Shown: positions 22,377 to 33,649, numbered from the stretch's first letter. The stretch: DNA of 64,000 bases from Octopus sinensis (GCF_006345805.1 NC_043000.1:10788001-10852000); one strand, 5' to 3'. Translations and numbers: made by a program. The notes: generated by a model not told the origin, from the letters alone.

Positions 22377-23380
22377 GTGTGTCTGTCCCCCTACCATTGT
22401 TTGACAACCGATGCTGGTATGATTATGTCCTGGTAACTTAGCAGGTCAGCAAAAGACCGACAGAATAAGTGCTGGGCTTACTAAGAATAAGTCCTGGGGT
22501 TGATTTCTTCAACTAAACCCTTTAAGGCAGTGCTCCAGCATGGCTACAGTCAAATGACTGAAACAAGTAAAAGAATAAAAGAATTAAAAAATTAAAAAAT
22601 AACAAAAGATTTAAATTACTGAGTGAGTGGTTGGCGTTAGGAAGGGCATCCAGCTGTAGAAACATTGCCAGATAAGACTGGAGCCTGGTGCAGCCTTCTG
22701 GCTTCCCAGATCCCCGGTCAAACCGTCCAACCCATGTTAGCATGGAGAATGGACGTTAAACGACGATGATGATGATGATGGCATGACTGTGTGGTAAGAA
22801 ATTTGCTTCCCACCCACATGGTTTCAGGTTCACTCCCACTGCATGGAACCTTGGGCTGACCGAAGCCTTGTGAATGGATTTGGTAGACAGAAATTGAAAG
22901 AATAATGCTGCGAGCTGGCAGAAACGTTAGCACGCCGGGTGAAATGCTTAGCGGTATTTCGTCTGCCGCTACGTTCTGAGTTCAAATTCCGCCGAAGTCG
23001 ACTTTGCCTTTCATCCTTTCGGGGTTGATTAAATATGTACCATTTATGCACTGGGGTCAATACAATCGACTCAATCCCTTTGTCTGTCCTTGTTTGTCTA
23101 GTCTGTGTGTAGCCCCTTGTGGGTAGTAAGGAAATAAGAAATTGAAAGAAGTGCATGTGTGCGTGTTTTTGTGTCTCTGTCTCCCACTATTGTCTGACAT
23201 CTGGTGTTAGTATGTTTATGCCCCCATAACTTAGCAGTTCGGCAAAAGAGACTGATAGAATACCAGGCTTAATATATAAAAAATAAGTACTGAGGTTGAT
23301 TTATTCAACTAAATTTTCTTCAAGATAGTGTTCCAGCATGGCCACAGTCTAAAGCAGAAACCAGTAAAGGATAAAAGATT
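22370..23380 (+). mobile_element. Nested cluster: SINE-A 3' half, RTE tail, and SINE-A with SINE-B inserted (22908-23142)
   Basis: SINE-B is flanked by the repeated AGAAATTGAAAGAA. All family signatures are present. Confidence 0.8.
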
Positions 23381-23597
23381 TAGATATATTTTACATGATT
23401 CAGTTACTGCCTTGACTTTATTTTGAGGTATTGGAGTTCTTCAAATGCTGTTGTCCTCGTTGCAACTCTTGTGTGAATCTTGATGTCTAGGCCTCTTTTT
23501 TTAATATGGAACTTTATGACTAGGTTCTTGTCAAGTTAGTTTTGGAAATCAAATGATATATGATGATGACAACTGCGGCAATGATGGATATATATAT

Positions 23598-23766
23598 ATA
23601 TCATCATCGTTTAACGTCCGTTTTCCATGCTGGAATGGGTTGGACGGTTTGACTGGGATCTGGGAAGCCAGGATGCTGCACCAAGCTCCAGTCTGATCTG
23701 GCAGCTGAATGCCCTTCCTAACGCCAACCACTCCATGAGTGTAGTGGGTGCTTTTTACATGCCACT

Positions 23767-23810
<44 letters not shown>

Positions 23811-23980
23811 AGGGCATGATGTTAGGAAGGGCATCCAGCTGTAGAAACTTTGCCAGATCAGATTGAGCCTGGTGCAGCTTTCTGACTCACCAGTCCTCAG
23901 TCACATCGTCCAACCCATGCTGGCATGGGTTGGACGATGTGACTGGAAAGCAGATGTTAAACGATGAAGATAATGATGAT
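23598..23980. mobile_element. Two RTE tails in opposite orientation flanking (TA)n
   Basis: Minus copy at 23598-23770 and plus copy at 23815-23980. Confidence 0.85.
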
Positions 23981-24107
23981 GTCTAGAGAATGACTCTGTT
24001 TCTTGTTTTAAGATTGAACCAGATCTGACTTGTTTCATAAAAATAAAGACTCCCTGACTTTTGTTGACGCTGTATTCTATAACATTGATTCTTTATGATA
24101 TTTCCAG

Positions 24108-24176
24108 TCTGAAGAACCAAAACCGAAGAGAGCACGGGGTCGACCGAAAGGAAGTAAAAACAAGAAACCTTCTAAG
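24108..24176 (+). CDS. 69-nt phase-0 coding exon encoding an AT-hook (SEEPKPKRARGRPKGSKNKKPSK)
   Basis: TTTCCAG acceptor, AAG|GTTGGT donor, exactly 23 codons. RGRP core with an HMGA-like KGSKNK extension. Confidence 0.8.
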
Positions 24177-24240
24177 GTTGGTGCAAATTCTTTAAAATGT
24201 CGCATGTCACGTCTGAAATGTTGTGTGCCATACCATATCT

Positions 24241-24381
24241 GAAATTTTGTGTGTCCTATTTGAAATTTTGTGTGTCCTATTTGAAATTTTGTGTGTCCTA
24301 TTTGACATTTTGTGTGTCCTATTTGAAATTTTGTGTGTCCTATTTGACATTCTGTGTGTTCTAATTGAAATTTTGTGTGTT
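24241..24381. repeat. 21-bp minisatellite, ~6.7 copies
   Basis: GA(A/C)ATTTTGTGTGTCCTATTT at 24241, 24262, 24283, 24304, 24325, 24346 and 24367. Confidence 0.95.
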
Positions 24382-25344
24382 TATCTGCATGATTAATTGG
24401 TGTTTGCTTTGTATTTCATAGGATCTCTTTGAAAAACAAGTTAGTTCCATTGCTTTTGATTTTTGCATATTTGACACCTAATGGAGTCAGATTACACTGC
24501 AATGATTATATCCATAATCACATTGATCATGTTGCCTATTTTGGTTTCAATCTTATTTATATTTATTTCATTGAATGATGTCACAATGTTTGCAATGTTT
24601 GATTTGTGCCTTGTAAATATTGTTGAAGAAGCTAGCAATAATTTTAAAATAGCTAGAATATCAGTGGAAGTTGTTGTTTAAGTCCTGACCAAAGATATTC
24701 CAGCCATGACATCTTGTCTTTTGATCAGACAGTGAATCTAGAACTACATTATATCCAATGAATCCTTCCTTTCCTAAAACAAATGGGGCATTTTTTTAGG
24801 GAGATTCAGCTGCTATTTCTAGTCTGTTGAATGAACACATAGAAGAGGCTCCTTTTTTGTTGATGAAAATGTAATGTAGAGATGGAGATGAGCCAGTATG
24901 GATGCTGTTCCTTCTATAAAAGACAATAAGCATTTGTCTTACTGGGAAACACGGTGTGTTGAGTTACTCCTTACTCTTAAAATTTTAAACTGGTTAATAG
25001 TCCTAATTGTGTTTAAAAAGTGTTTGTGCGTTTGATGTATGTGTTTGACAGTCTTCTGTTAAAGGTTGGTGTTCATTATGTATTTGATTAAAGCTGTACC
25101 TGATGAAATGTTTGACTGAAGTTGTATTGAAAGATGTGTTTGATTATGATTGTGGTACTGGTGGTGCTGTTGGTAGAATCATTTAAGAGACTGAAACATA
25201 AATAGTTATTGACTAAGGGTAAAATATTAAATACAAGTTATGTGTTCAATATATATTATGATTACTAATCATCATCATTATGTTATGATCATTGTCAATC
25301 TCATCCTATTCTACATTTGGGTACTTTTATCTATATATTTAGCT

Positions 25345-25740
25345 TGCTTGCCAATCATGTGGTTTTGGGTTCAGTCCCACTGCATACACCTTGGGCAATT
25401 GCCTTCTAAAGCCTTGGATCAACCAAAGCATCGTGAGTGAATGAGGTTGAGGGAAACTGAAAGAAGCCCACCATGTGTGTGTGTGTGTGTATGTATCCTT
25501 TCTAGTTATCGTGATGGTTGTAAATGAGCATCATTGTTATATAAGTGAGGTTATTTGTTTCCAGTCTTCTATGAAATGTGTAGCTATGAGAAAATATTAG
25601 CCTTGCTTGGAAACAGGCTCTATAGTTGGCACTAGGAAGGGGATCTGGCCATAGAAAAATCTGCTTCAACAAATTCCATCTCATTCATGCAAGCATAGAA
25701 AAGTGAGGCATTAATTGATGATGATGATGGTGATGATGAT
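25345..25740 (+). mobile_element. SINE-H
   Basis: GGGTTCAGTCCCACTGC...CCTTGGGCAA head and a CATGCAAGCATAGAAAAG...(GAT)n tail. Confidence 0.65.
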
Positions 25741-25874
25741 GGACTGCATCTATCACAAAGGCAACACTATGAAAGTGTGATAACTAAGATGAAGGCCTTG
25801 CAGTTTGATACCTATGCTAATGAATAATGCATACTGGGTAAATAATTATTGAAAGATGGTGCAAATGGTTAGAG

Positions 25875-26075
25875 CAGTGGTTTTCAACCAGGGTTCCGCG
25901 AATACAGTCCAGGGGTTCCGCAAGAAGTTACAAAACTGCTAAAATCGGCAGTAATTTTTAATTCTCCTGTGCAGATATGTGTGCATAAGACTATTAAATT
26001 ATTGCACAGGGGTTCCTCGAGCCAGTGGAATGTTTCCTTGGGGTTCCGCTCCAGCCAAAAGTTTGAAAAGCACTG
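25875..26075. mobile_element. hAT (Charlie-like) MITE with perfect 8-bp TSD
   Basis: GGTTAGAG|CAGTGGTTTTCAACC ... GTTTGAAAAGCACTG|GGTTAGAG. Confidence 0.93.
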
Positions 26076-27049
26076 GGTTAGAGTACAAGAACAGCTTGAG
26101 TAAAAGAGAACGTAGATCTGATAAGATGGGGCTTCACATATGAAAAATATATTGAAGACTCATTCAGCACACACCATCATGGGAACATAGAGATGGTGGT
26201 GGTGGTAGTGGATATAGTGATCAAGCGAGGCTGTGGATGTGGGTATATTCTTTGTGTTGCATTTGATGTGTATGAAATGCGTTTCTGGTGTGTTACTTTT
26301 ATCTGTCTTTTACAATTAATAGCAGGCAAGGCTTTTGTAGTTCAGCTCACTTTGAACCTGGAACCATATGGTTCCAGGTTTGATACCATTGCACAGAAAA
26401 TTGCAAAGTTATAGATTGCCTGAGGTTGGCCAATGTTCTATGAATAAAATTTTTTATGTGTGTGTGTATCAGTATGAAGTGAATTAAAAATAATGTATCA
26501 AATACAAACACCTTGTAGGAGCCATACCTACCTGAGTTATTTATCTTTCTTCATACCAAAAAAGACAAACAAAAACAAAACAATGAGTTACCTTTTATTT
26601 AAAGGAAATAATGAAGAAAATAAACACTCTTGAAAGTGATGCTCCAAGAGGGCTGTAGTATCTATGGCTGATACCAGTAAAAAATATAAGAAAATTTGGT
26701 GTATGGATGTTTGGGTGGAAACTGTCCTTGTCTGTTATCATGACAGTGGTACTGACATGCATACGCTCTCTCTCTCTCTCTCTCACACACACATATCCGG
26801 AGACAAATCATGTACGTATGACAAATATGCTAGTCATAAGATATAAATTAGTTTACATATTTAAAAAATTTAATCACTGAAGTTAATTAGTCAGGGTATT
26901 GATTATGTATAATAAAATTTTCAATAGAAGAAAAAAATTGATTATCTATAAACTTTTTAATGAAATACTATAAATTCTGACTTGAAACAGCTTAACTAGC
27001 AACACATACTGATTCTTTTCTAAATTGTTATCAACTTTTGAAATACAGG

Positions 27050-27476
27050 TTTCAAGTCTTGGCACAAGGCCAGCAGTTTTGGGGTGGGGATAAGTTGATT
27101 ACATCAACCCTGGTACTCAACTGGTACTTATTTTATCAACCCCTGATACGTCGAAAGGCAAAGTTGACCTTAGCAGCATTTGAACTCAGAGCGTAACAAT
27201 GAACAAGCATTTTGCTTGGCTTGCTAACAATTCTGCAAGTTTGCCACCTTCAAATTTTGAAATATTTACTCTTTTACTTGCTTCAGTCATTTGACTGTGG
27301 CCATGCTGCAGCACCGCCTTTAGTTGAGCAAATCGATCTAGGACTTATTCTTTGTAAGCCTAGTACTTATTCTATCAGTCTCTTTTGCTGAACTGCTAAG
27401 TTACAGTGATGTAAACACACCAGCATCGGTTGTCAAGCGATGTTAGGGGGACAAACATATACGCATACATACATAT

Positions 27477-27527
<51 letters not shown>

Positions 27528-27690
27528 TACAACGGCTTCTTTCAGTTTCCGTCTACCAAATCCACTCACAAGGCTTTGGTCAGCCCGAGGCTATAGTAGA
27601 AGACACTTGCCCTAGGTGCCATGCAGTGGGACTGAACCCAGAATCATATGGTTGGCAAGCAAGTTACTTACCACATAGCCACTCCTATAC
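27050..27690 (-). mobile_element. Old SINE-B (27050-27255) followed by SINE-A (27265-27690)
   Basis: Reverse complements of both family signatures. Confidence 0.8.
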
Positions 27691-28454
27691 CTATGTTATT
27701 GTTAGCAAATACTTTATAAATTGTTAGATAATAGATACAGACTTTAAAGTGGCTATTGTGAGTTAACCACTACAGATTTTGAAATGGCTATTATTAACTA
27801 GTCATTACAGATCTTAAAGTAGTCCAGGGTCTATACTGAAATATATTTGACTCCTGTGAAAGACATTATCTACTTGTGTTGTAAATGGTAGCTACACAGT
27901 TGATTTGACCTATATATTTAACCCTTTCGTTACCTTTTTTCTCATGCCTTATTTTCAATGAATTTGGAAAATAACGAATTATTTAGAAAAATAACTGTCT
28001 TATTTAAGCTGGTGTTAGGCAGTGAATTGGCAGAATTGTTGGCATGCCAGGCAAAATTTTTATTGGCATTTTGTCTGTCTTTGTATTCTGAGTTCATATT
28101 GTGCTAGGGTTGACTTTACATTTGACCTTTCGATAAAATGAGTACCAATTTATCACTGGGGCCTTTGTAACTCACTTATCCCCTCACCTGAAATTACTAG
28201 CCATGTGCTTAAATTTGAAACCATTATTAAGATGGTGTGAAGGTGGAAAGCTGACAGAATCTTAGTACATCAGGCAAAATGCTTAGCAATATTTTTTCTG
28301 GTTTTACATTTTGAGTTTAAATTCTACCAAAGTTGATTCTGCTTTTTATCCTTCCAGAGTCAATAAGATAGGTACCAGTTGAGCTTTTCCCCCTGAAATT
28401 TCAGACCTTGTGCCTACAGTAGAAAAAATTATTAAGCTAGTGTTTAGAACATTG

Positions 28455-28595
28455 GTATTAGGAAGAGCATCCAGCTGTAGAAACTCTACCAGATCAAGAT
28501 TGGAGCCTGGTGCAGCCATCTGGTTCGCTAGCCCTCAGTCAAAATCGTCCAACTCATGCTAGCATGGAAAGCGGACCTTAAACGATGATGATGAA
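28455..28595 (+). mobile_element. RTE 3' tail
   Basis: TTAGGAAGAGCATCCAGCTGTAG...GCATGGAAAGCGGACCTTAAACGATGATG. Confidence 0.85.
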
Positions 28596-28733
28596 TGTTT
28601 AGAACATAATTTAATGTGAACTTTTGATGGAAGGCTTTGATTTAGATCATTTTTAAACAAGAGGTTATTGTAGAACTAGGAGCAGTCATGGGTGGGTTGG
28701 TATCAGAAGAATTAATAAAACATCAGTACAACT

Positions 28734-28883
28734 ATTAATAGTTATCGCCAAGCTAATATGGCAGTCCATGAATATAGGATGAAAGCTGCCGTTGATTAGC
28801 TCCAAGAGGCCATCGCCTCTAGCTATATGACACACGAACCTGTGTCCATGGACTGCCATATTAGCTTGGCAATAACTATTAAT
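28734..28883. repeat. 37-bp inverted repeat, fold-back derivative of a repeat also present at 30572-30742
   Basis: 28734-28770 versus 28847-28883, one mismatch. Confidence 0.9.
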
Positions 28884-29077
28884 GTCCAGTACTGCTGCCA
28901 TAGTCTCCTTTAGAGAGACTTAGAAATAGTAATATTTCTATCAGTACAACTATGATTACTGATAGATCCATTAATACTGATATCAGTTACTGGAATTTAT
29001 TTATTAACTGTTGATAACTAGATCATTATTTGTCATTGACCTACTATTGTCTTCTTCTCACCACATAATATATTCAA

Positions 29078-29474
29078 CTAGCAGTATCGCCCGGCGTTGC
29101 TCAGGTTTGTAAGGGAAATAACTATATAAGCATTTTTAGAGAGTTATAGCCAAAAAATAGCAAAAAAATGCATTAAAATGGGAAAAAAATGATGGTAAAT
29201 TTTTTTTTAAATCATTGACTCATCGTAGACATTTTTAGAGAGTTACTTCCCTTATATAATAGCGAAAAAATGCGTTAAAATGGGAAAAAATGATGGTAAA
29301 TTTTTTTTTAAATCGTAGACTCATCGTAGACGTGCGCTAATACCCAGAAGGGCTCGATATGAATCACGACTATAAGATACCCGGTTTTGGTTAAACTGCA
29401 CCGCAAAATGTGGGAGTAGTTAGGAATCTAAATCGAAGGGGACAGACACACAACTTCTCTTTTATATATAAAGA
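29078..29474 (-). mobile_element. Non-autonomous Helitron-like element
   Basis: A|CTAGCAGTATCGCCCGGCGTTGCTC ... TTTTATATATAAAGA|T. Nearly identical to 34381-34779. Confidence 0.8.
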
Positions 29475-29500
29475 TTACCCTTTTGATGCTCTCTGCATTA

Positions 29501-30343
29501 AATATGTTGGATCTTTTCCTTTTGAACGGCACTTTTCAACACAATTTCTAGTTTACTAAACACTTGTAAACTTCGTTTACTGGTAGAATGTGTTTATAAA
29601 ACATCATTTTTTCTTGGCTTTATTGAGAAAATTCTATATGTTGTAAGATATTTTGTCTTTAATTTCGAGCATTTCGGCAATTTTAACCAATCGCTTACGT
29701 CCATTTACGTAAATAACATTCTGTGCATAATGAATATGTCCCTCCTTTAAGAAACAGATTGGGTTTATTTACATTTGTGAAGAAAAAAAGATACCCTTCC
29801 CCCACCCCTAACCCTAAATCTAACTAACCCTAACTCTCACCCTAAATCTAAAATAAATTGAAATGCAATAGATCGATACTAAGGTTATAATTATAGGTGA
29901 CAATTTCATACGATACCGCTACGGAAAATGGGATTTTTTTCTAGCGGTGTCAAATGAAAATGTCACCCATAATTATGGCCCTAGTATCGATCTATTGCAT
30001 TTCAATCTATTTTAGATTTAGGGTGAGAGTTAGGGTTAGGGGTGGGGGAAGGGTATTTTTTTCTTCACAAATGTAAATAAACCCAATCTGTTTCTTAAAC
30101 GAGGGACATATTCATTATGCACAGAATGTTATTTACCTAAATGGACGTAAGCGATTGGTTAAAATTGCCGAAATGCTCAAAATTAAAGACAAAATATCTT
30201 ACAACCAATAGAATTTTCTCAATAAAGCCAAGAAAAAATGATGTTCTATAAACACATTCTACCAGTAAACGAAGTTTAAAACTTTTTAGTTGCCTAGAAA
30301 TTATGTTATAAAGTGCCGTTCAAAAGGAAAAGATCTAATATGT
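29501..30343. mobile_element. ~840-bp palindromic fold-back element with telomere-like motifs in both arms
   Basis: 29501-29909 is the near reverse complement of 29954-30343, with an inner stem ACCGCTA/TAGCGGT. Confidence 0.9.
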
Positions 30344-30424
30344 TAATACTAACTTAACTACTGTAAATACACCACTCTGAGATCTATATAATGATTACAG
30401 TACACACACTCACACACATACATG

Positions 30425-30501
30425 CAGGGTGACCAAAAATTTGCTCAACCATTTAATATATACAAATATATTAAATGGTAGCTTCAGTTTTGGGCCACCT
30501 G
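30425..30501. mobile_element. Tiny Tc1-like MITE remnant
   Basis: CAGGGTGACCAAAA / TTTTGGGCCACCTG ends and a perfect inner 14-bp stem (30448-30461 / 30466-30479). Confidence 0.55.
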
Positions 30502-30760
30502 TGTGTATGTGTATGTTTGTACACATATACATATACATACATAAATTTATATATATATATATATATGCAGATGCCTGACCAGCAAGGGGAAGCGGCTGAC
30601 CTCCCTTGTTCGAAGGTTATAATGGACACAGGCTCGTGTGTCACATAGCTAGCTAGAGGCGATGGCCTCTTGGAGCTAATCAATGGCAGCATTCGTCCTA
30701 TATTTCTGGACTGCCATATTAGCTTGGCGATAACTGTTGATATATATATATACACATACA

Positions 30761-30980
30761 CGAAGGGCTGCTGAAAAGTTCCTGGCTTTGGGTAAAAGAA
30801 AATAAATGAGGATCAGTTACTTATGATTTTATTCAACAAATCCCCCTCTCAGATACACACACATATTGCAATGGTCCTTCAGTTTTTCTAAGCCCTGTAA
30901 AAGAACACAGAAGATTGGGCCTCCAACCAGACCTTTCATAATACCCTTAAAGCCAGGAACTTTTCAGCTCCTTCTCCTGT
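30761..30980. mobile_element. Mariner-like MITE (copies at 48741-48948, ~51332-51450 and ~51687-51800)
   Basis: CGAAGGGCTGCTGAAAAGTTCCTGGCT ... AGCCAGGAACTTTTCAGC TIR-like ends in TA context. Confidence 0.75.
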
Positions 30981-31144
30981 GCATGTATATGTATGTATGT
31001 ATAATACATACACATACACACACACATATTCCTATAAATCTAATTCATTGACAGCCTTGTTTAATTTGTTCTCCAAAAGCTACACTTATTTTTCCATTTG
31101 TGGTAAATCTGTTTTTTCTCTTTTTTGTCTTCGTTTCTCTTCAG

Positions 31145-32728
31145 TTTCAGGAAATTTTGAGGCCTGTAAAGTACAAGGCATTGCTTAAGGTTCAGAAAAA
31201 CAAAACTGTTTCTAAGAAGTCTCTACATAAATGGTCAAAAAGAATGATTCATGATCTTCAGGCAAATCCTACCCAACTCCAAAACGTTCAAACTGATAGT
31301 TCAAATAACCCTAATAGGGTAAATAATAAATTTGCCAATTCAAAAAACAACGGTTTGAAGAAAATGAAGAATTCTGTGATGCCTCAAAATTCGTCTAAAT
31401 GTAAGACCAATCAAGGTTCAGTTATTTCTAATCACAGTAAGAAAAGACCTGAAGTCACTGTCCCAAGAAAAATTAAAACATCAATGAACAGCAAATGTCA
31501 AGTAGATAAGAAATGTGACCCGACAAAAATGAATTCTAAATCTATACATTTTCCAAACAACAATCAGGGTCAGAGAATCCTATCCAGTCGTAAGAACTCT
31601 GCCATAACGAAGCAGCTTCAAACTCCTGTTAATTACAGAAGGAAAAGTTGTGGGTTATGTGATCAATCATCAGTTCGTAGACATAAAGCTACATCCAAAC
31701 GCTTTTGCAGTGACCCATCGTCATACAAATGCAGCCGGTCGTTACCAACTCTGAGGAGATCTCAACGGATAAGAACTATTTGTGATAAATTTTCAAATTC
31801 AACCATCAGTAGTGAAAACTCGCCACCATCTTCTGCAGTTTATTATTCTTCGCCTGGATTTTTAGTGCCATTACGAAGGCGCCGGTCTTCTAAAACTGCT
31901 CATTCCACTCAGACACAGCTTCGGAATGTTTCTCAACCCTGTTCTTCACATCATTCCCCTGCTGCTGTTAATAGCACTACTAGTCTTTCCTCTCATACCA
32001 CTGGTACTACTACCACTACTATTACTACTACTACTACTACCACAGGTCTTTCTTCTCCTGCCGCTGCACCTCCTTCTTCTACTGCTTCTTCCCCTCCATC
32101 TTCTGTATTGTCTGCTTCTACTAACAATTTACATCACCTCTCTTCTTTATCACAATCTACACCCAAGGATTTTCCATTTGAGTGCCAAGCTGGTGGTTTC
32201 ACACCAGCTAATCAGTCTAAAGACATGACAGATGCTGTACACATAGTTAGACCTTGCGGTCAACTTTCTCCTAACAACTGTTCAATGAAAATGTTGAAGT
32301 GTCACCGGTTGCGCCACATGGCACCAGGATCAGGAGATGTGGCAGCAACTAGCGTAGTTTGCAGACACCACTGTTCCGCTGCCAGACACTTGGACAACAA
32401 ATGTCATAACATGCATATGAATACACAACCATGCCTTCCAAACATCAGATCAGCTGTTCAAGTGGCTGCTTCTATGATTTCGTCAAGAATTACCGACAAG
32501 AGCGTCAGCATCTATAACCATTCTTTAGGAAAACAATCTGGAAGTGTGTGCCAATCTTACGAACAACTCAATATTGTACTGAGTCCATTTGAAAAACAGA
32601 TTTTCGAACTGCACCGACAAGAACATGAACAAAGAATGGCAATGGAAGAAGAGCGACATCAAATGAAAATGGATCTCATGCGATTGAAGAAAAAGGCTTT
32701 AGAGAGTAAACTAAAACTAAAGAATTAA
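31145..32728 (+). CDS. Long terminal coding exon: basic/low-complexity protein with an S/T/P tract and a C-terminal coiled coil
   Basis: ~527 open codons in very AT-rich DNA. Strong polypyrimidine tract with two phase-0 acceptors (after 31144 and after 31150). Ends ELHRQEHEQRMAMEEERHQMKMDLMRLKKKALESKLKLKN*. The GTG start at 31100 is intronic. Confidence 0.85.
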   Translation, partial: FQEILRPVKYKALLKVQKNKTVSKKSLHKWSKRMIHDLQANPTQLQNVQTDSSNNPNRVNNKFANSKNNGLKKMKNSVMPQNSSKCKTNQGSVISNHSKKRPEVTVPRKIKTSMNSKCQVDKKCDPTKMNSKSIHFPNNNQGQRILSSRKNSAITKQLQTPVNYRRKSCGLCDQSSVRRHKATSKRFCSDPSSYKCSRSLPTLRRSQRIRTICDKFSNSTISSENSPPSSAVYYSSPGFLVPLRRRRSSKTAHSTQTQLRNVSQPCSSHHSPAAVNSTTSLSSHTTGTTTTTITTTTTTTGLSSPAAAPPSSTASSPPSSVLSASTNNLHHLSSLSQSTPKDFPFECQAGGFTPANQSKDMTDAVHIVRPCGQLSPNNCSMKMLKCHRLRHMAPGSGDVAATSVVCRHHCSAARHLDNKCHNMHMNTQPCLPNIRSAVQVAASMISSRITDKSVSIYNHSLGKQSGSVCQSYEQLNIVLSPFEKQIFELHRQEHEQRMAMEEERHQMKMDLMRLKKKALESKLKLKN

Positions 32729-33649
32729 TCTATGCAATTCTGTTGTAGAACTACAGCAAAGGGGCTTGAAGAAGAATTTACTGGCATGTTTTTTAATTAA
32801 GTACCTGTCTGTGTGTATGTGTGTGTGCATACTTGTGGATGTTAGTCTGTGTGTGTTTACATGTTTATAATATTTAGTATGTGTGAATTGTTTCTGTTTG
32901 TTAATGTTTTACTAATCTGGTATTAACTAATTACAGTATTCTCTCCACTCATTAATACTAATTTCTTTTCATCAACTCACATCACTAATATGATTTATAT
33001 TTCATTCGTCTGTTATCACTTTCATCTCTTATTGTAAATTCATTCTCTTCACTGTTTCTCTTGGGTTTTACAGTGTAAAGGTAATAAGCTTTCTATTTAG
33101 TTTATGTCATTTCCAGTTGATTTGAATTCTCTCATCTATGTTAACCCAGAAAACTGTTTCAAATGCTAGTGTTTATTTTTGTTGTTGCTGTTACTAGTGC
33201 CAGTCCAACCCTAATGGAACAGACTTATAATCAAAGATGTTCCAGCTGTGACCACTGCATCTTATTATATATTCAGACAGTGTATCTACGGCTATATTCC
33301 CATGTATCCTTCCTTTTTAAGATCGGTAGAGTGTGACTTGAGAGATATTTGGCTGGCATTTCTTGCAGGCTGAGCGATCATGTAAAGGCTCTTATATTGT
33401 CTTGATAATGATAATAAGAATGTTTTATTTCTTTTGTAGCTAATCTATCTATCTCTACACAGCAGTCGCAATATACTGCACAATCTTGTTATCCAAACAT
33501 TTTACTGATGTCATGTCAAAAAGGTCATTTTACCTTCTTTTGGTAAAATAGTAATTAGTTTTTACAATGAGATAGGGTGCTAGTCTAGTGCTGGGGTTGA
33601 TATATTTGGCTAAATCCATCCTCTAAATATCAGCCTAAAAAACATTCAA

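Noticed and set aside
24108-24176. Assigning the symbol HMGA
   Set aside because: A single AT-hook exon is not enough; the other hooks and the acidic tail were not found in the window.
30572-30625. Hammerhead-like CTGACCA-GCAAGGG...CCCTTGTT-CGAAG-GTT
   Set aside because: Helix II is plausible, but the core has several defects and no helix I partner is found; too degenerate to call.
31926-32228. 100-aa Leu-rich overlapping ORF
   Set aside because: A shadow frame of the (ACT)n/(CTT)n low-complexity tract in the main ORF.
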